The notes beneath the pieces were generated by a model that saw only the letters and a list, made by a program, of their open reading frames with translations, searched no databases and was not told the origin of the DNA. A DNA stretch of 64,000 nucleotides from Candidatus Eiseniibacteriota bacterium (GTDB taxonomy: Bacteria; Eisenbacteria; RBG-16-71-46; JABDJR01), in contig CAVXKA010000002.1 in the NCBI GenBank assembly GCA_963762255.1, positions 1,152,001 to 1,216,000 of the forward strand, read 5' to 3'. A program made the position numbers and the translations under genes. Below are positions 27,598 through 37,500 of the stretch, in pieces. Within the stretch, counting starts at the first letter, position 1. Every line of letters starts with the position of its first letter.

Positions 27598-28797
27598 CTA
27601 TTCCCGGTTGCGTGCCACCACCACCGCGGTCGTGTCGTCCTCCCAGGGCTTGTTCTTTCCGAAGCGCTTGGCCTCGGCGAAGAGGGCGTCGAGGATCTCC
27701 GCCGCCGGGCGCCCGCGCATGCGCGTGATGACCGCCGCGACCCCGTCATCGCCAAAGAGAGCTCCCTTGGCGTTCTCGCGCTCCAGGAATCCGTCGGTGA
27801 CGATGGCGAGCGTGTCCCCGGGCTCCATGTGGGCCCAACTCCGGCGGAACGTCTGCGCCTTGATCGGCCCCAGGATGGTCCCTCCGATCTCGAGACGGCG
27901 TCCGCCCCAATCCCCGATCAACCACGGCGGGGGGTGCCCCGCATTCACGTAAACCAGGTCGCCGTTCGATTCGAGGTCCGTATAGAACAGAGAGACGAAG
28001 CGCGACGACAGGGCGCTGCGGCTGATGACGCGGTTCAGCCGGTGGATGATCTCGGTGATCTTGAGCGACCGCTCCGCCCCCATCCGGATCCCGGTCACCG
28101 TGTCGCGAGCGAGGAGCGCCGCTCCCAGACCATGCCCGCTGACGTCCCCCAGCGCGATGACCAGCGTGTTCGGGTCGGACTGCAGGAAGTCGTAGAAGTC
28201 CCCGCCCACCCGCTCGGCGGGAATCGAACGCGCGGCGACGGTGAATCCGGGGAACTCGGGAGGCGACTGCGGAAGGAGCGCCTGCTGGATTTCGGCGGCC
28301 TGGTTGATGTCGGTCTGCAACCCCTGAACCGTCACGCGCAGATCGATGGCGTTGTGAAAGGTCTGCAACGCGAAATCGAGATCGTCCCGCTGCCAGCCCG
28401 GGCGCAGTCCGAAGGCGAGGATGCGCCGGGGCACGCTGGCGACGCTCAGCGCGGCGGACTCGGGCCCGCCGAGGCGTCCTTCCACCTCGGGCGATTGCCC
28501 TTCCACCGTCCGGTCGAAGATGAAGACCTTGTGTTCGAGCACGAGCTGAAGGGGGCGATAGTCGAGGGGAAGCCCGAGTCCGACCGATTCCGGATCGCGG
28601 GAGCCGACGCCGTGCACGATGCGGAAACCGTCGAACTCCTCCTCGTAGAGGCGGCCGCTGTCGATCAAGAGAGCGTCGCCGAAACGCGTCACGGTCTCGT
28701 CGACCAGCCACCGAAACCAGGTTTGAGAGAGCGGGTCCGGTTGGTGCTCGTGGAGCAACCGTTCCAGCTCGCGGTAAAAATGCTTGGGTTGAAACAC
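27598..28797 (-). CDS. PP2C/SpoIIE-type phosphatase with N-terminal sensory (GAF-like) region
   Basis: VGGDFYDF, GDVSGHG, NAGHPPP, TDGFLE, DDTT. The upstream part of the 712-aa ORF is an antisense shadow of the MFS gene. Confidence 0.9.
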   Translation of the reverse strand: MFQPKHFYRELERLLHEHQPDPLSQTWFRWLVDETVTRFGDALLIDSGRLYEEEFDGFRIVHGVGSRDPESVGLGLPLDYRPLQLVLEHKVFIFDRTVEGQSPEVEGRLGGPESAALSVASVPRRILAFGLRPGWQRDDLDFALQTFHNAIDLRVTVQGLQTDINQAAEIQQALLPQSPPEFPGFTVAARSIPAERVGGDFYDFLQSDPNTLVIALGDVSGHGLGAALLARDTVTGIRMGAERSLKITEIIHRLNRVISRSALSSRFVSLFYTDLESNGDLVYVNAGHPPPWLIGDWGGRRLEIGGTILGPIKAQTFRRSWAHMEPGDTLAIVTDGFLERENAKGALFGDDGVAAVITRMRGRPAAEILDALFAEAKRFGKNKPWEDDTTAVVVARNRE

Positions 28798-28938
28798 GCG
28801 ACAACTCCCGGAGAATAGGTCTTGCCCCGGCGCCGTTGGGGGCACAAAGTCGGCGAGTTTAGCACGATGGGCGAAGAACCTCCTCCGGCCCGGAATCGCG
28901 AGGCGATGCATGCCATCCACAACGGAAACGGCGATCCG

Positions 28939-30267
28939 ATGAGATCCGGCCGCGCCGCGCCCTCCTCGCTCGATGCGCTGGGCCGCGCCCTGCACCACCG
29001 CAACTACCGGCTCTTCTTCGCCGGGCAGAGCATTTCCCTCATCGGCACCTGGATGACCCGCATTGCGGTGAGCTGGCTCGTCTACCGCATGACCCACTCC
29101 GCCCTGCTCCTCGGACTCGTGAGCTTCACCGGCCAGATCCCCACGTTCATTCTCGCCCCGCTCGCCGGCGTGTGGGTGGATCGGTGGAATCGGCATCGCG
29201 TTCTGGTGGTGACCCAGGTGCTGGCGATGATCCAGTCGGCGCTCCTGGCCTTCTTCGCCCTCTCGGGGACGATCACCGTCACCCACATCGTCCTGCTCAG
29301 CATCTTTCAGGGGCTCATCAACGCGGTCGACATGCCGGCCCGCCAGGCCTTCCTGGTGGAGATGGTGGACAACCGCGAGGACCTGCCGAACGCGATCGCG
29401 CTCAATTCGTCGATGGTCAACGCAGCGAGGCTCGTGGGTCCGTCGGTGGCGGGCGTGCTCATCGCCGGGGTCGGCGAGGGATGGTGTTTCTTCATCGACG
29501 CGGTGAGCTACCTGGCGGTGATCGCCTCGCTCCTGGCCATGCGGCTCGCCCGCGTTCCACCACGCGCCAAAACCACTCACGTTCTCGCGGAACTGCGGGA
29601 GGGATTCCGCTACGTGACCGGGTCCGCGCCGATTCGCTCGATCCTGCTTCTGCTCGCGTTGGTGAGCCTCATGGGAATGCCCTACACGGTGCTCATGCCG
29701 ATCGTGGCCAGCAAGGTGCTGCACGGCGGCCCGCACACGCTGGGGTTTCTCATGGCGGCCTCCGGTTTTGGTGCGCTCCTGGGGGCGGTCTACCTCGCCT
29801 CCCGCCGCACCGTCCTCGGCCTGGGCCGGCTCATCGCGGTCTCCGCGGCCACCTTCGGGCTCGCGCTCGTCGCGTTCTCGTTCTCACGCACCTTCTGGCT
29901 CTCGCTGGCGCTCATGCCGCCGGTGGGCATGTCCATGATGGTCCAGATGGCCTCCAGCAACACGATCCTCCAGACCATCGTGGACGAGGACAAGCGCGGG
30001 CGTGTGATGAGCTTCTATGCGATGGCGTTCTTCGGGACGGTGCCGCTGGGAAGCCTGCTCGCCGGTTCGCTGGCGTCGCGGGCCGGCGCACCGATCACGA
30101 TCCTCGTCGGCGGAACGGTCTGCATCCTCGGAGCCGGCTTCTTCCTGCGCGGGCTCCCCGAGCTGCGCCGGGCCATACGTCCCATCTACATCCGGTTGGG
30201 GATTCTTCCCGAGATCGCGGAGGGGGTCCGCAGTGCAACCCGGTTCACGGCCCCGCCGGAAAACTAG
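28939..30267 (+). CDS. MFS transporter (DHA3/EntS-like)
   Basis: RNYRLFFAGQSISLIGTWM, AGVWVDRWNR, PARQAF, RGRVMSFY. Confidence 0.92.
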   Translation: MRSGRAAPSSLDALGRALHHRNYRLFFAGQSISLIGTWMTRIAVSWLVYRMTHSALLLGLVSFTGQIPTFILAPLAGVWVDRWNRHRVLVVTQVLAMIQSALLAFFALSGTITVTHIVLLSIFQGLINAVDMPARQAFLVEMVDNREDLPNAIALNSSMVNAARLVGPSVAGVLIAGVGEGWCFFIDAVSYLAVIASLLAMRLARVPPRAKTTHVLAELREGFRYVTGSAPIRSILLLLALVSLMGMPYTVLMPIVASKVLHGGPHTLGFLMAASGFGALLGAVYLASRRTVLGLGRLIAVSAATFGLALVAFSFSRTFWLSLALMPPVGMSMMVQMASSNTILQTIVDEDKRGRVMSFYAMAFFGTVPLGSLLAGSLASRAGAPITILVGGTVCILGAGFFLRGLPELRRAIRPIYIRLGILPEIAEGVRSATRFTAPPEN

Positions 30268-30268
30268 C

Positions 30269-30290
30269 GGGGGGGCGGAGCCGCCCCCCC
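30269..30290. terminator. GC-rich hairpin between convergent genes
   Basis: GGGGGGGCGG-AG-CCGCCCCCCC inverted repeat; no clear U-tract. Confidence 0.5.
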
Positions 30291-30298
30291 CTCAAGTG

Positions 30299-31513
30299 CT
30301 AGGACGCGCCGATCACCGGCGCCAGCCGACCCTCTTTCGATTCGAGCGCCTGCCGCAGATCCTCGATGAGATCCTTGACGTCTTCGATACCGACCGAGTA
30401 GCGAACCAGACCGTCGGTGATCCCGGCCGCGCGACGCTCTTCCGCAGGAAGCCCGGCGTGAGTCATCGATGCCGGATGCTCGATCAGCGTCTCGACACCG
30501 CCCAGCGAAACGGCCAGCACCGCCAGATGCACGTTGTTCATGAGGTGCTTGCCCGCCTCGAGTCCGCCCCGCAACTCGAAGCTGATCATCGAACCCGGAC
30601 CGGCCATCTGGCGCTCCACGAGCGCGTGTTGGGGATGCGAAGGAAGCCCGGCATACCGGACCCACGCCACCTCCTCGCGCGCCTCCAACCAGCGCGCGAT
30701 CTGAACCGCGCTCTCCTGAGCTCGCTGCATGCGCAGAGCGAGGGTCTTGATGCCGCGATGAACGAGGAACGCCTGGTGCGGATCCATGTTGCATCCCATC
30801 AGGACCATCGTCTCGCGGATCCGCCGGTAGATCGCGGGGTCGCGAGCGACGAGGATTCCGCCCACGACGTCGGCATGTCCGTTGATGAACTTCGTCACCG
30901 AGTGCAGCACCACGTCCGCGCCCAGCAGAAGCGGCTTCTGCAAGTAGGGCGAGGCGAAGGTGCTGTCCACGACGAGCAGCGCGCCATGGGAATGAGCGAT
31001 CTCTGCCACGGCGCGCAGGTCGGTGATCTGCATCATGGGGTTCGACGGCGTCTCCACGTAGATGAGTCGGGTATTCGGCCGAACCGCTTTCCGAACCGCC
31101 TCCAGATCCGAGGTGTCCACGAAGGACGCGGAGACCCCGAACCTCCCAAGGTGCTTCTCCATCAGCGTGCGCGAGGGCCCGTAGACTGAGGCGGTGCTGA
31201 GGATGTGCTGGTCCTTCTCGACGAGGGCCATGCAAACAGTGGTGACCGCCCCCATCCCGGAGCTGGTGGCCACCCCACCCACGCCCTCTTCCAGCTCGGC
31301 TACGCACTCCTCGAGCGCGCGGATGGTCGGATTCCCGATCCGGGTGTAGATGAACCCGTCGGCCCGGCCGGCGAACCGATCCGCGCCCTGCTGCGTGTTG
31401 TCGAACGCAAACGTAGATGTCTGGTAGATGGGGGTCACGACGCTCCCGAGCGGATCCTTGGACATTCCCGCGTGCACGAGCTTCGAGAAGAACCCCAGAG
31501 TCTTCGTCTTCAT
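30299..31513 (-). CDS. PLP-dependent methionine gamma-lyase / trans-sulfuration enzyme
   Basis: PIYQTSTF, YTRIGNPT, SSGMGA, ETPSNP, HSVTKFINGHADV, AVSLGGVETLIEHPASMTH. Confidence 0.93.
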   Translation of the reverse strand: MKTKTLGFFSKLVHAGMSKDPLGSVVTPIYQTSTFAFDNTQQGADRFAGRADGFIYTRIGNPTIRALEECVAELEEGVGGVATSSGMGAVTTVCMALVEKDQHILSTASVYGPSRTLMEKHLGRFGVSASFVDTSDLEAVRKAVRPNTRLIYVETPSNPMMQITDLRAVAEIAHSHGALLVVDSTFASPYLQKPLLLGADVVLHSVTKFINGHADVVGGILVARDPAIYRRIRETMVLMGCNMDPHQAFLVHRGIKTLALRMQRAQESAVQIARWLEAREEVAWVRYAGLPSHPQHALVERQMAGPGSMISFELRGGLEAGKHLMNNVHLAVLAVSLGGVETLIEHPASMTHAGLPAEERRAAGITDGLVRYSVGIEDVKDLIEDLRQALESKEGRLAPVIGAS

Positions 31514-31526
31514 CTTCCCCTCCTCC

Positions 31527-31895
31527 CTAGTGGCCCTGACCGTGCTGCGCGCATGCGCTGTCCATCGTCACCGGGCGCAGTGTCCCGGCCTTGAACGCCG
31601 CCACCGTACGCTCGACGTTGGATTGATCGGAAAGATAGACCTCGATGCCGGCGGAGAGCAACTTGCTCAGCGCACCCGCCCCGATGCCGCCGACCACCAC
31701 CGCCTCGAACAACTCTCCTTGAAGCGAAGCGAGCGGCGTGCACATGCCGTGGTTGTGGTGCTGGTTGCCGTTGGCGATCGGTCGGCAATCGCCGCTGTCG
31801 GTGTCGACGATCATGAAGAGAGGTGTGGACCCGAAATGGGCGCAGACACGGCTCTTCGTTCCCCGATCCTCTTCGACGGGGATGCAGATGTTCAT
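31527..31895 (-). CDS. NifB/NifX-family (dinitrogenase FeMo-cofactor-type) protein
   Basis: HFGSTPLFMIVD, HHNHGMC, VVVGGIGAGA. Confidence 0.9.
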   Translation of the reverse strand: MNICIPVEEDRGTKSRVCAHFGSTPLFMIVDTDSGDCRPIANGNQHHNHGMCTPLASLQGELFEAVVVGGIGAGALSKLLSAGIEVYLSDQSNVERTVAAFKAGTLRPVTMDSACAQHGQGH

Positions 31896-32263
31896 GACTT
31901 CTTCTCCTTGGATGGTTTCTCTTCGACCGGCGCCACAGCCTTCGGGTCATGGACCCGACAGCACCGGCGGCCTCTTCTGGTAATCGGACCGCCCTCGATC
32001 CGGAGCGCTTTGCCGTGAACAATGGCGTCGGCCATCTTGTGGCGGGCTACGTCGATGATTCGGCTGAATGTGGGTCGGGATACGCCCATCTGCTCCGCAG
32101 CCGCTTCCTGATACATACGATCGAGATCCGCGAGCCGGACGGCCTCGAACTCGTCGAGGGTCATCACGACCTCGTCGATCTCCAGCATCGGAATCCCGGC
32201 GGGCTTGAATACCGAGGCCACCGGGGCTCCGGCTATGCGTCTGCGGCAGAAGGGTCTGGGCAA
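31892..32263 (-). CDS. DUF134 putative DNA-binding protein
   Basis: MPRP..CRRI, FKPAG, DEFEAVRLAD...QEAAAEQMGVSRPTFSRI...ARHK.ADAI..GKALRIEGG. Confidence 0.92.
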   Translation of the reverse strand: MPRPFCRRRIAGAPVASVFKPAGIPMLEIDEVVMTLDEFEAVRLADLDRMYQEAAAEQMGVSRPTFSRIIDVARHKMADAIVHGKALRIEGGPITRRGRRCCRVHDPKAVAPVEEKPSKEKKS

Positions 32264-32281
32264 GCGGTCACCTCGGTCCTC

Positions 32282-32309
32282 ATTATGAACATATGATCAC
32301 TAATGTCAA
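32282..32309 (-). promoter_or_regulatory. Sigma-70 promoter with embedded palindromic operator
   Basis: TTGACA-TTAGTGATCATATGTT-CATAAT; palindrome GTGATCATATGTTCAT. Confidence 0.75.
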
Positions 32310-32363
32310 GCCCGGATTCGAGCTTTCGGGCGACCGGCTTCCGAGGTCCGGAGGCCGGCACGT

Positions 32364-33272
32364 TCAGACCAGCTTCATCTCCATCTCATACTGCGAGGTG
32401 AACTTCCGGAACCCGCGACTCTCCAGGAACGCAATCGCTCCCCCGTCCTCATGGGCCACGTTCACGATCCGGACCCGCGGAACGCCTTCGGGGATGTTGG
32501 CCAGGAGATGCGCGAGGAGCTGCGTTCCGATCCCGCGCCGGCGCACTTCCCGCCGTATCGTCAGGTTCATGACCCAGTTGAGGAGCGGGTAGTAGACGAT
32601 GGTGCCCACGAGCAGATCACGTTCATAGGCGCCGAAGGCCAGCACGTCATCCGGGATGCGCCTGATCGAGGCGACGCTGTTCTCCCACGAGGGCGTCCAA
32701 TCGAACTGGTCGGCCAGATCCTCGGTGCGCTCCTTGGGGATCGGACGCACGATACAGTCGAGCACGGGTCGGGTCCGCATCGCCGAGGCAGGGACGCTTG
32801 ACGTCTCGCCCGGCGCATCCGCTGCGGCACGATCGAGCTCGAAGCAGTCGAACTCGCGCGTGATGTGAAACCCCGTGTTCCGGTAGGCCTTGATCGCGGG
32901 CTCGTTGACCTGCAAGACCTCGAGCAGAAACCGCTCGACTCCCCTCTCCCTCAGCCTGGGCAGCGCGAAGTCGAACATCTTACGGGCCAGCCCTTGGCCG
33001 CGGTGAGCGCGCACGATTCCTGTGGCCGCGTCGAAGGCGGCGGGGGCGTCCTGCCACATGCCCACGCCGGTCAACGAGAAACCCACCAGGTTCTCGCCGT
33101 CGAAAACGCCGACGCTGCACTCGAGATCGACCGCGTTCTTGATCATGCGGTTGCGCAGCCAGACCTCGGCGCGCTGACCCATCTGCAGATAGTAATCCGC
33201 GAACGCCTCGTTGAAGGCGCCTGCTATCCGAGCAAACGGGGTCCCGGTGAGAAAGTCGATTCGAGGGTCCAC
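32364..33272 (-). CDS. Tandem GNAT acetyltransferase
   Basis: Two acetyl-CoA motifs, HRGQGLA and RRRGIGT. Confidence 0.88.
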   Translation of the reverse strand: MDPRIDFLTGTPFARIAGAFNEAFADYYLQMGQRAEVWLRNRMIKNAVDLECSVGVFDGENLVGFSLTGVGMWQDAPAAFDAATGIVRAHRGQGLARKMFDFALPRLRERGVERFLLEVLQVNEPAIKAYRNTGFHITREFDCFELDRAAADAPGETSSVPASAMRTRPVLDCIVRPIPKERTEDLADQFDWTPSWENSVASIRRIPDDVLAFGAYERDLLVGTIVYYPLLNWVMNLTIRREVRRRGIGTQLLAHLLANIPEGVPRVRIVNVAHEDGGAIAFLESRGFRKFTSQYEMEMKLV

Positions 33273-33282
33273 GCCCCCCTCC

Positions 33283-34386
33283 TCAGGGGGAGTCTCTATC
33301 ACACCCCGGCCCCCCGCCGAGAAGTGAGCGTCCGGCGGCCTGCCCAGCGCGTGCGCTTACGGTTTCGTCGCGGAGGGTCCGCCGCTCGTGGCGGCGCAAC
33401 GCCGCGTCAACGAGTTGGCGCGTGAATCCCTCATGGCCGGCCGGGTCGTTGGCCAGGCACAGGTCCGCGCTTCCCGCATCGGCGGCCGGGTAGTAGACGC
33501 CGCAGTTGGGGTTGATCTCCAGCATGTAGGGCGTCCCTTGCCGATCCACGCGCAGATCGCAGCGGCCGAAACTCGCGCCCTTGAGCGCGGTGAAGAACCG
33601 CGCGGAGACATCGCGAAGCCTGGCGTCAAGAAGCGGGTCGGCGACCGGGAACGCCGCCATCTTGCTGTAGTCCACCCATTTCATCCGCGAGTGCTTGAAG
33701 CTCTCCCCCTCCGGAAACCGATACTGCATGGGGGTGTAGGTCGTCGGCTTCGCGGGGTCGTCGGGGTTCTCGGCGACGAGCACGGTGCACTCCGTCCCGT
33801 CGATGTACTCCTCGATGAGCGCCGTCCCGAAGCGGGACATGATCTTGCGCGCCTGGCGCCGGAGGCCGGCGGGTGTGCAGGCGCGGGAGTAGCGACTGAG
33901 CGCTACGCTCGAGTAGCTGCTGTAGTGCTTGACGAAGAGGGGGAAACGCAGCGAGGCCTCGGCGCGCGCCACGTCGGACTCGTCGCGGGCGAAGACGTAG
34001 GCGGGGGTCGCGATGCCCTCGTCGCGGCAAGCCTGCTTCATCATCTCGCGGGTCGGCTCGTAGAACACCGAGGTGGCGCCGGTGAAAGGGACGCCGTGCT
34101 CCTCCAGGGTCTGCACGACCTCGATCCCCGGAGTGGTCTGATCCGCCGCGCCGTCGCAGAGGTTGAAGAAGAGATCGAACCCCTCCCCGATCAACCGGGT
34201 CACATCCGCGACCGATGTCCACTTGTCCTTGAGGGTGGCCACATGCCATGTCGCCTCCGGAAAGTACGGACGCGGGTCGCAGGGCCAGTCGTCTTTGGGA
34301 AACGGGTCGGCCTCGAGATTCTGATTCGTCAGCAGGCAGATGCGCATCGGGCGGGAGATTACCCGGTCCTCAGGGGACGTGTCCAT
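33283..34386 (-). CDS. ATP-grasp ligase, D-Ala-D-Ala-ligase-like
   Basis: FFNLCDG, PFTG, FPLFVK, ALIEEYIDG.E, GRCDLRVD...YMLEINPNCG. Confidence 0.88.
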   Translation of the reverse strand: MDTSPEDRVISRPMRICLLTNQNLEADPFPKDDWPCDPRPYFPEATWHVATLKDKWTSVADVTRLIGEGFDLFFNLCDGAADQTTPGIEVVQTLEEHGVPFTGATSVFYEPTREMMKQACRDEGIATPAYVFARDESDVARAEASLRFPLFVKHYSSYSSVALSRYSRACTPAGLRRQARKIMSRFGTALIEEYIDGTECTVLVAENPDDPAKPTTYTPMQYRFPEGESFKHSRMKWVDYSKMAAFPVADPLLDARLRDVSARFFTALKGASFGRCDLRVDRQGTPYMLEINPNCGVYYPAADAGSADLCLANDPAGHEGFTRQLVDAALRRHERRTLRDETVSARAGQAAGRSLLGGGPGCDRDSP

Positions 34387-34481
34387 GGCAGGGCCGTGCA
34401 GGATTGCATGTCGTGTCCCCGGGCTCGCCCAATCCGGTTTTCCTCGAATCCGGCGGGATCGTGTAGAATGCCGACCACCCC

Positions 34482-37433
34482 ATGAACGATCGACACGACG
34501 ACCACACCAGCCATCTGTTCGCGCCGGTCCCTGGAGCCCGGGTCGGCGCCTATGTCATCCGCGAACCGATCGGGGCCGGTGGCATGGGGGAGGTCCACCT
34601 CGCCGAGGACGTGAACCTCGGCCGGAAGGCCGCACTCAAGTTCCTTCCCCTCCCATTGGCGGGAAACGCGGAGTTCCGCGCGCGCTTCCTGCGTGAGGCG
34701 CGGTCGGCGGCCGCGCTCAGCCATCCGAACATCGTGCACATCTACGAGGTCGGTGAGTTCGCGGGGCGCCCGTTCATCGCCATGGAACACGTGGACGGCG
34801 CCACGCTACGCGAGCACGTGCCGGCCGGCGGCATGCCCGCCGCGACCGCCCTTCGCATCATCATTCCGCTTGCGGAGGCGCTCGCCGAGGCGCACGCCGC
34901 CGGGATCATCCACCGCGACATCAAGCCGAGCAACATCGTCATGGACCGCGGGGGTCGCCCCAAACTTCTCGACTTCGGGCTGGCCGCTCTGACCGGTGGG
35001 GAACGGGTCACGCAGATCGGGTCGACGCTGGGTACCGTGGGGTACATGGCCCCCGAGCAGATCAAGGGCCAGGCCCCCGAGCCCCGATCGGATCTCTTCT
35101 CCCTCGGTGTCATGCTCTACGAACTTCTCACCGGCCGGCCGCCCTTCCGCGGCGAGAACGAGGCGGCCACGCTTCACGCCGTCCTGAGCCTGGAGCCTGA
35201 GCCGCTGGCGCCGGCCCGGCCCGACGCTTCTCCCGCGCTGGAGTCCATCGTCGCGCGGCTCCTGGCCAAGGATCCGGCCGGGCGCCCCGCGAGCGCGAAG
35301 GAACTGCACCGGGAACTCCTCGAGGAACTTCGCCGGCTGGAAGGGAGCGAGGTGGGCTCCGCAATCGCGATGAGCACGCTCCGGCCGGCGGCGACGACGC
35401 GGAGACGATGGCGTCTCCTGGTCCCGACCGCAGCGGCGGCGGCTGTGATCGCGTTGCTGTTCTTCAGCCCGTGGTCGTCGCGCGAGACATCGGTCGTACC
35501 CACCGCGCAGGCCGGGGAAAACCGTCTCGTCGTCCTCTACTTCGACAACATCGCCGATCCGGAGGACCAGCAGCGGTTGGGCGAGATCGTGCCGAGCCTT
35601 CTCATCTCGGATCTCTCGGAGTCTTCGTCCCTCCAGGTCGTTTCCACGCAGCGGCTCTACGACATTCTCAAGAACCTCGGCAAGGAAGGGATGAAGCGTA
35701 TCGACGGGAGTGTGGCCACGCGGATCGCCGAGAAGGCGACCGCCAAGTGGATGCTCACCGGTAAGGTACTTCAGGGGGATCCCGAGATCGTGCTCACCGC
35801 CGAGTTGGTGGAGACATCCTCCGGCAACGTGGTGGCATCGGAGCGTATCTCGGGGCAGCCCGGCGAGAAGATCTTCAGCGTGGTGGGCCGACTGGGGGAA
35901 CTCCTCCGCGAGGACCTGGCGCTCCCTGCCGCGCCGCAAGGCGCGCCGGGTCTCCCGAACGCCGTCACCGTGACCCAGAGCGCCGACGCCTATCGACTCT
36001 GGATCGAGGGCGTGGAGAGCACGCGGAAGCTCTTCCACGAAGAAGCCCGGGCCAAGTTCCTGGAAGCGGTGGCCCTCGACTCGACCTTCGCCCTGCCCTA
36101 CCTGCATCTCTCCATCCTGGCCAGGAATTCCGAGGAGGAGAAAACCTACGCCCAGAAGGCGGTGCGATTCGGGACCGGACTCGGATGGCGGGATCGACTC
36201 TATATCGAGGCGCAGGCTAGAGCTGCCAACAACGACCCGGAGGGGGCGGTCGCCGCGCTCCGGAGCGTCGTCGAACGGGATCCGGAAGACAAGGAGGCCT
36301 GGTACGCCCTCGCCCAAGCCTATCGCAGCATGCAGCGCTCGAGCGACACGGTGACCGCGCTCAATCGGGTCATCGCCATCGACCCCTCGTACAAGCTCGC
36401 CCACAACCTTCTCGCCTACCAGTACGAGGCGTTGGGGGACGCTGACAATTCTCTCAAGGCAATCGAGGAATACATCCGGCTCGTGCCCGACGAACCTAAT
36501 CCGTACGACAGTCAGGGCGACCTGTATGCGTACGCCGGAAGGCTGGAAGAGGCCGCCAATTCCTATCGAAAGGCGCTGGAGGTCAAGCCCGACTTCTATC
36601 TGTCGAGGCTGAAGCTCATGGAGGTGTGCCTGTATCTGGGGGACGAGGCGGGAGCGCGTGCCGCGCTGCGCGTCCTTGAGGCTGATCCCCGGCCGGAGGT
36701 GAAGCAGGATCTCCCCTGGCATAGGGCGTTCATCGCCGGGTACCGGGGGCACCTGAACGAGTACATGCGCGTGCTGCTGGCCGATGCGGCGGACGACCGG
36801 GACACCGCGCTTGAGGGCACGGATTCCAAGCTCGCCGAAACGGCCTGGGTGCTCGTCGCGCTGGGACGCGCCGAGGAGGCCCTTCCGATCCTCGATCGCG
36901 CGAGGTCCATCGCCGGTCCCGACGATTTCTACGCGTTCGAGGTATCCGCGGTCGCGATGGCCCACCTGGGTCGATTCGAGGAGGCCGATGCCATGGCGAG
37001 CTGGCTCGCCACGAAGGCCGCGGGACGTCCGGGTTGGCCCGCCGCCTCGCTATGGAGCGCGCGCGGCGAGATCGCCCTGGCCCGAGGGGATCAGGCCGAA
37101 GCGCTGGCCGCCTTCAAGAAGCTGAGCGAATCCCTCGTCGAGTTCTACACCCTGGACCGGCTCGGCCGCGCGTACCTCGATGCCGGGGAGTATGGACTTG
37201 CGGTGCCGGTCCTCGAGAGGGCGGTGCGCCGCTACGACGCGTCACGCCGGAGTCTTCCCCAGGCCGTGCTGGTGCACTACGATCTCGGCCGGGCATACGA
37301 GGCTGCGGGACGGCACGCCGACGCTCTCGCGCAGTACCGGACGTTCTTGGGCATATGGAGCGACCCCGATCCCGGCCTTACATGGGTCGCCGATGCGAAG
37401 GAGCGTCTGGCTCGGCTGGAACGCCAAACCTGA
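34482..37433 (+). CDS. Ser/Thr protein kinase with TM, TolB-like N domain and TPR repeats
   Basis: GAGGMGEV, AALK, HRDIKPSN, DFGLA, GTVGYMAPE, DLFSLG; TPR C-terminus. Confidence 0.95.
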   Translation: MNDRHDDHTSHLFAPVPGARVGAYVIREPIGAGGMGEVHLAEDVNLGRKAALKFLPLPLAGNAEFRARFLREARSAAALSHPNIVHIYEVGEFAGRPFIAMEHVDGATLREHVPAGGMPAATALRIIIPLAEALAEAHAAGIIHRDIKPSNIVMDRGGRPKLLDFGLAALTGGERVTQIGSTLGTVGYMAPEQIKGQAPEPRSDLFSLGVMLYELLTGRPPFRGENEAATLHAVLSLEPEPLAPARPDASPALESIVARLLAKDPAGRPASAKELHRELLEELRRLEGSEVGSAIAMSTLRPAATTRRRWRLLVPTAAAAAVIALLFFSPWSSRETSVVPTAQAGENRLVVLYFDNIADPEDQQRLGEIVPSLLISDLSESSSLQVVSTQRLYDILKNLGKEGMKRIDGSVATRIAEKATAKWMLTGKVLQGDPEIVLTAELVETSSGNVVASERISGQPGEKIFSVVGRLGELLREDLALPAAPQGAPGLPNAVTVTQSADAYRLWIEGVESTRKLFHEEARAKFLEAVALDSTFALPYLHLSILARNSEEEKTYAQKAVRFGTGLGWRDRLYIEAQARAANNDPEGAVAALRSVVERDPEDKEAWYALAQAYRSMQRSSDTVTALNRVIAIDPSYKLAHNLLAYQYEALGDADNSLKAIEEYIRLVPDEPNPYDSQGDLYAYAGRLEEAANSYRKALEVKPDFYLSRLKLMEVCLYLGDEAGARAALRVLEADPRPEVKQDLPWHRAFIAGYRGHLNEYMRVLLADAADDRDTALEGTDSKLAETAWVLVALGRAEEALPILDRARSIAGPDDFYAFEVSAVAMAHLGRFEEADAMASWLATKAAGRPGWPAASLWSARGEIALARGDQAEALAAFKKLSESLVEFYTLDRLGRAYLDAGEYGLAVPVLERAVRRYDASRRSLPQAVLVHYDLGRAYEAAGRHADALAQYRTFLGIWSDPDPGLTWVADAKERLARLERQT

Positions 37434-37500
37434 GACAGTTCGTGTGCATCGCCGACCGAGTGCTCGGCAGATTGCTCTCTCTTTTTCCTGGAGGTGAACC

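Noticed and set aside
28798-29736. N-terminal extension of the 712-aa phosphatase ORF
   Set aside because: Overlaps the MFS gene on the opposite strand and looks non-coding in this frame.
34806-36965. 719-aa minus-strand ORF
   Set aside because: Shadow of the Ser/Thr kinase; no recognisable domain.
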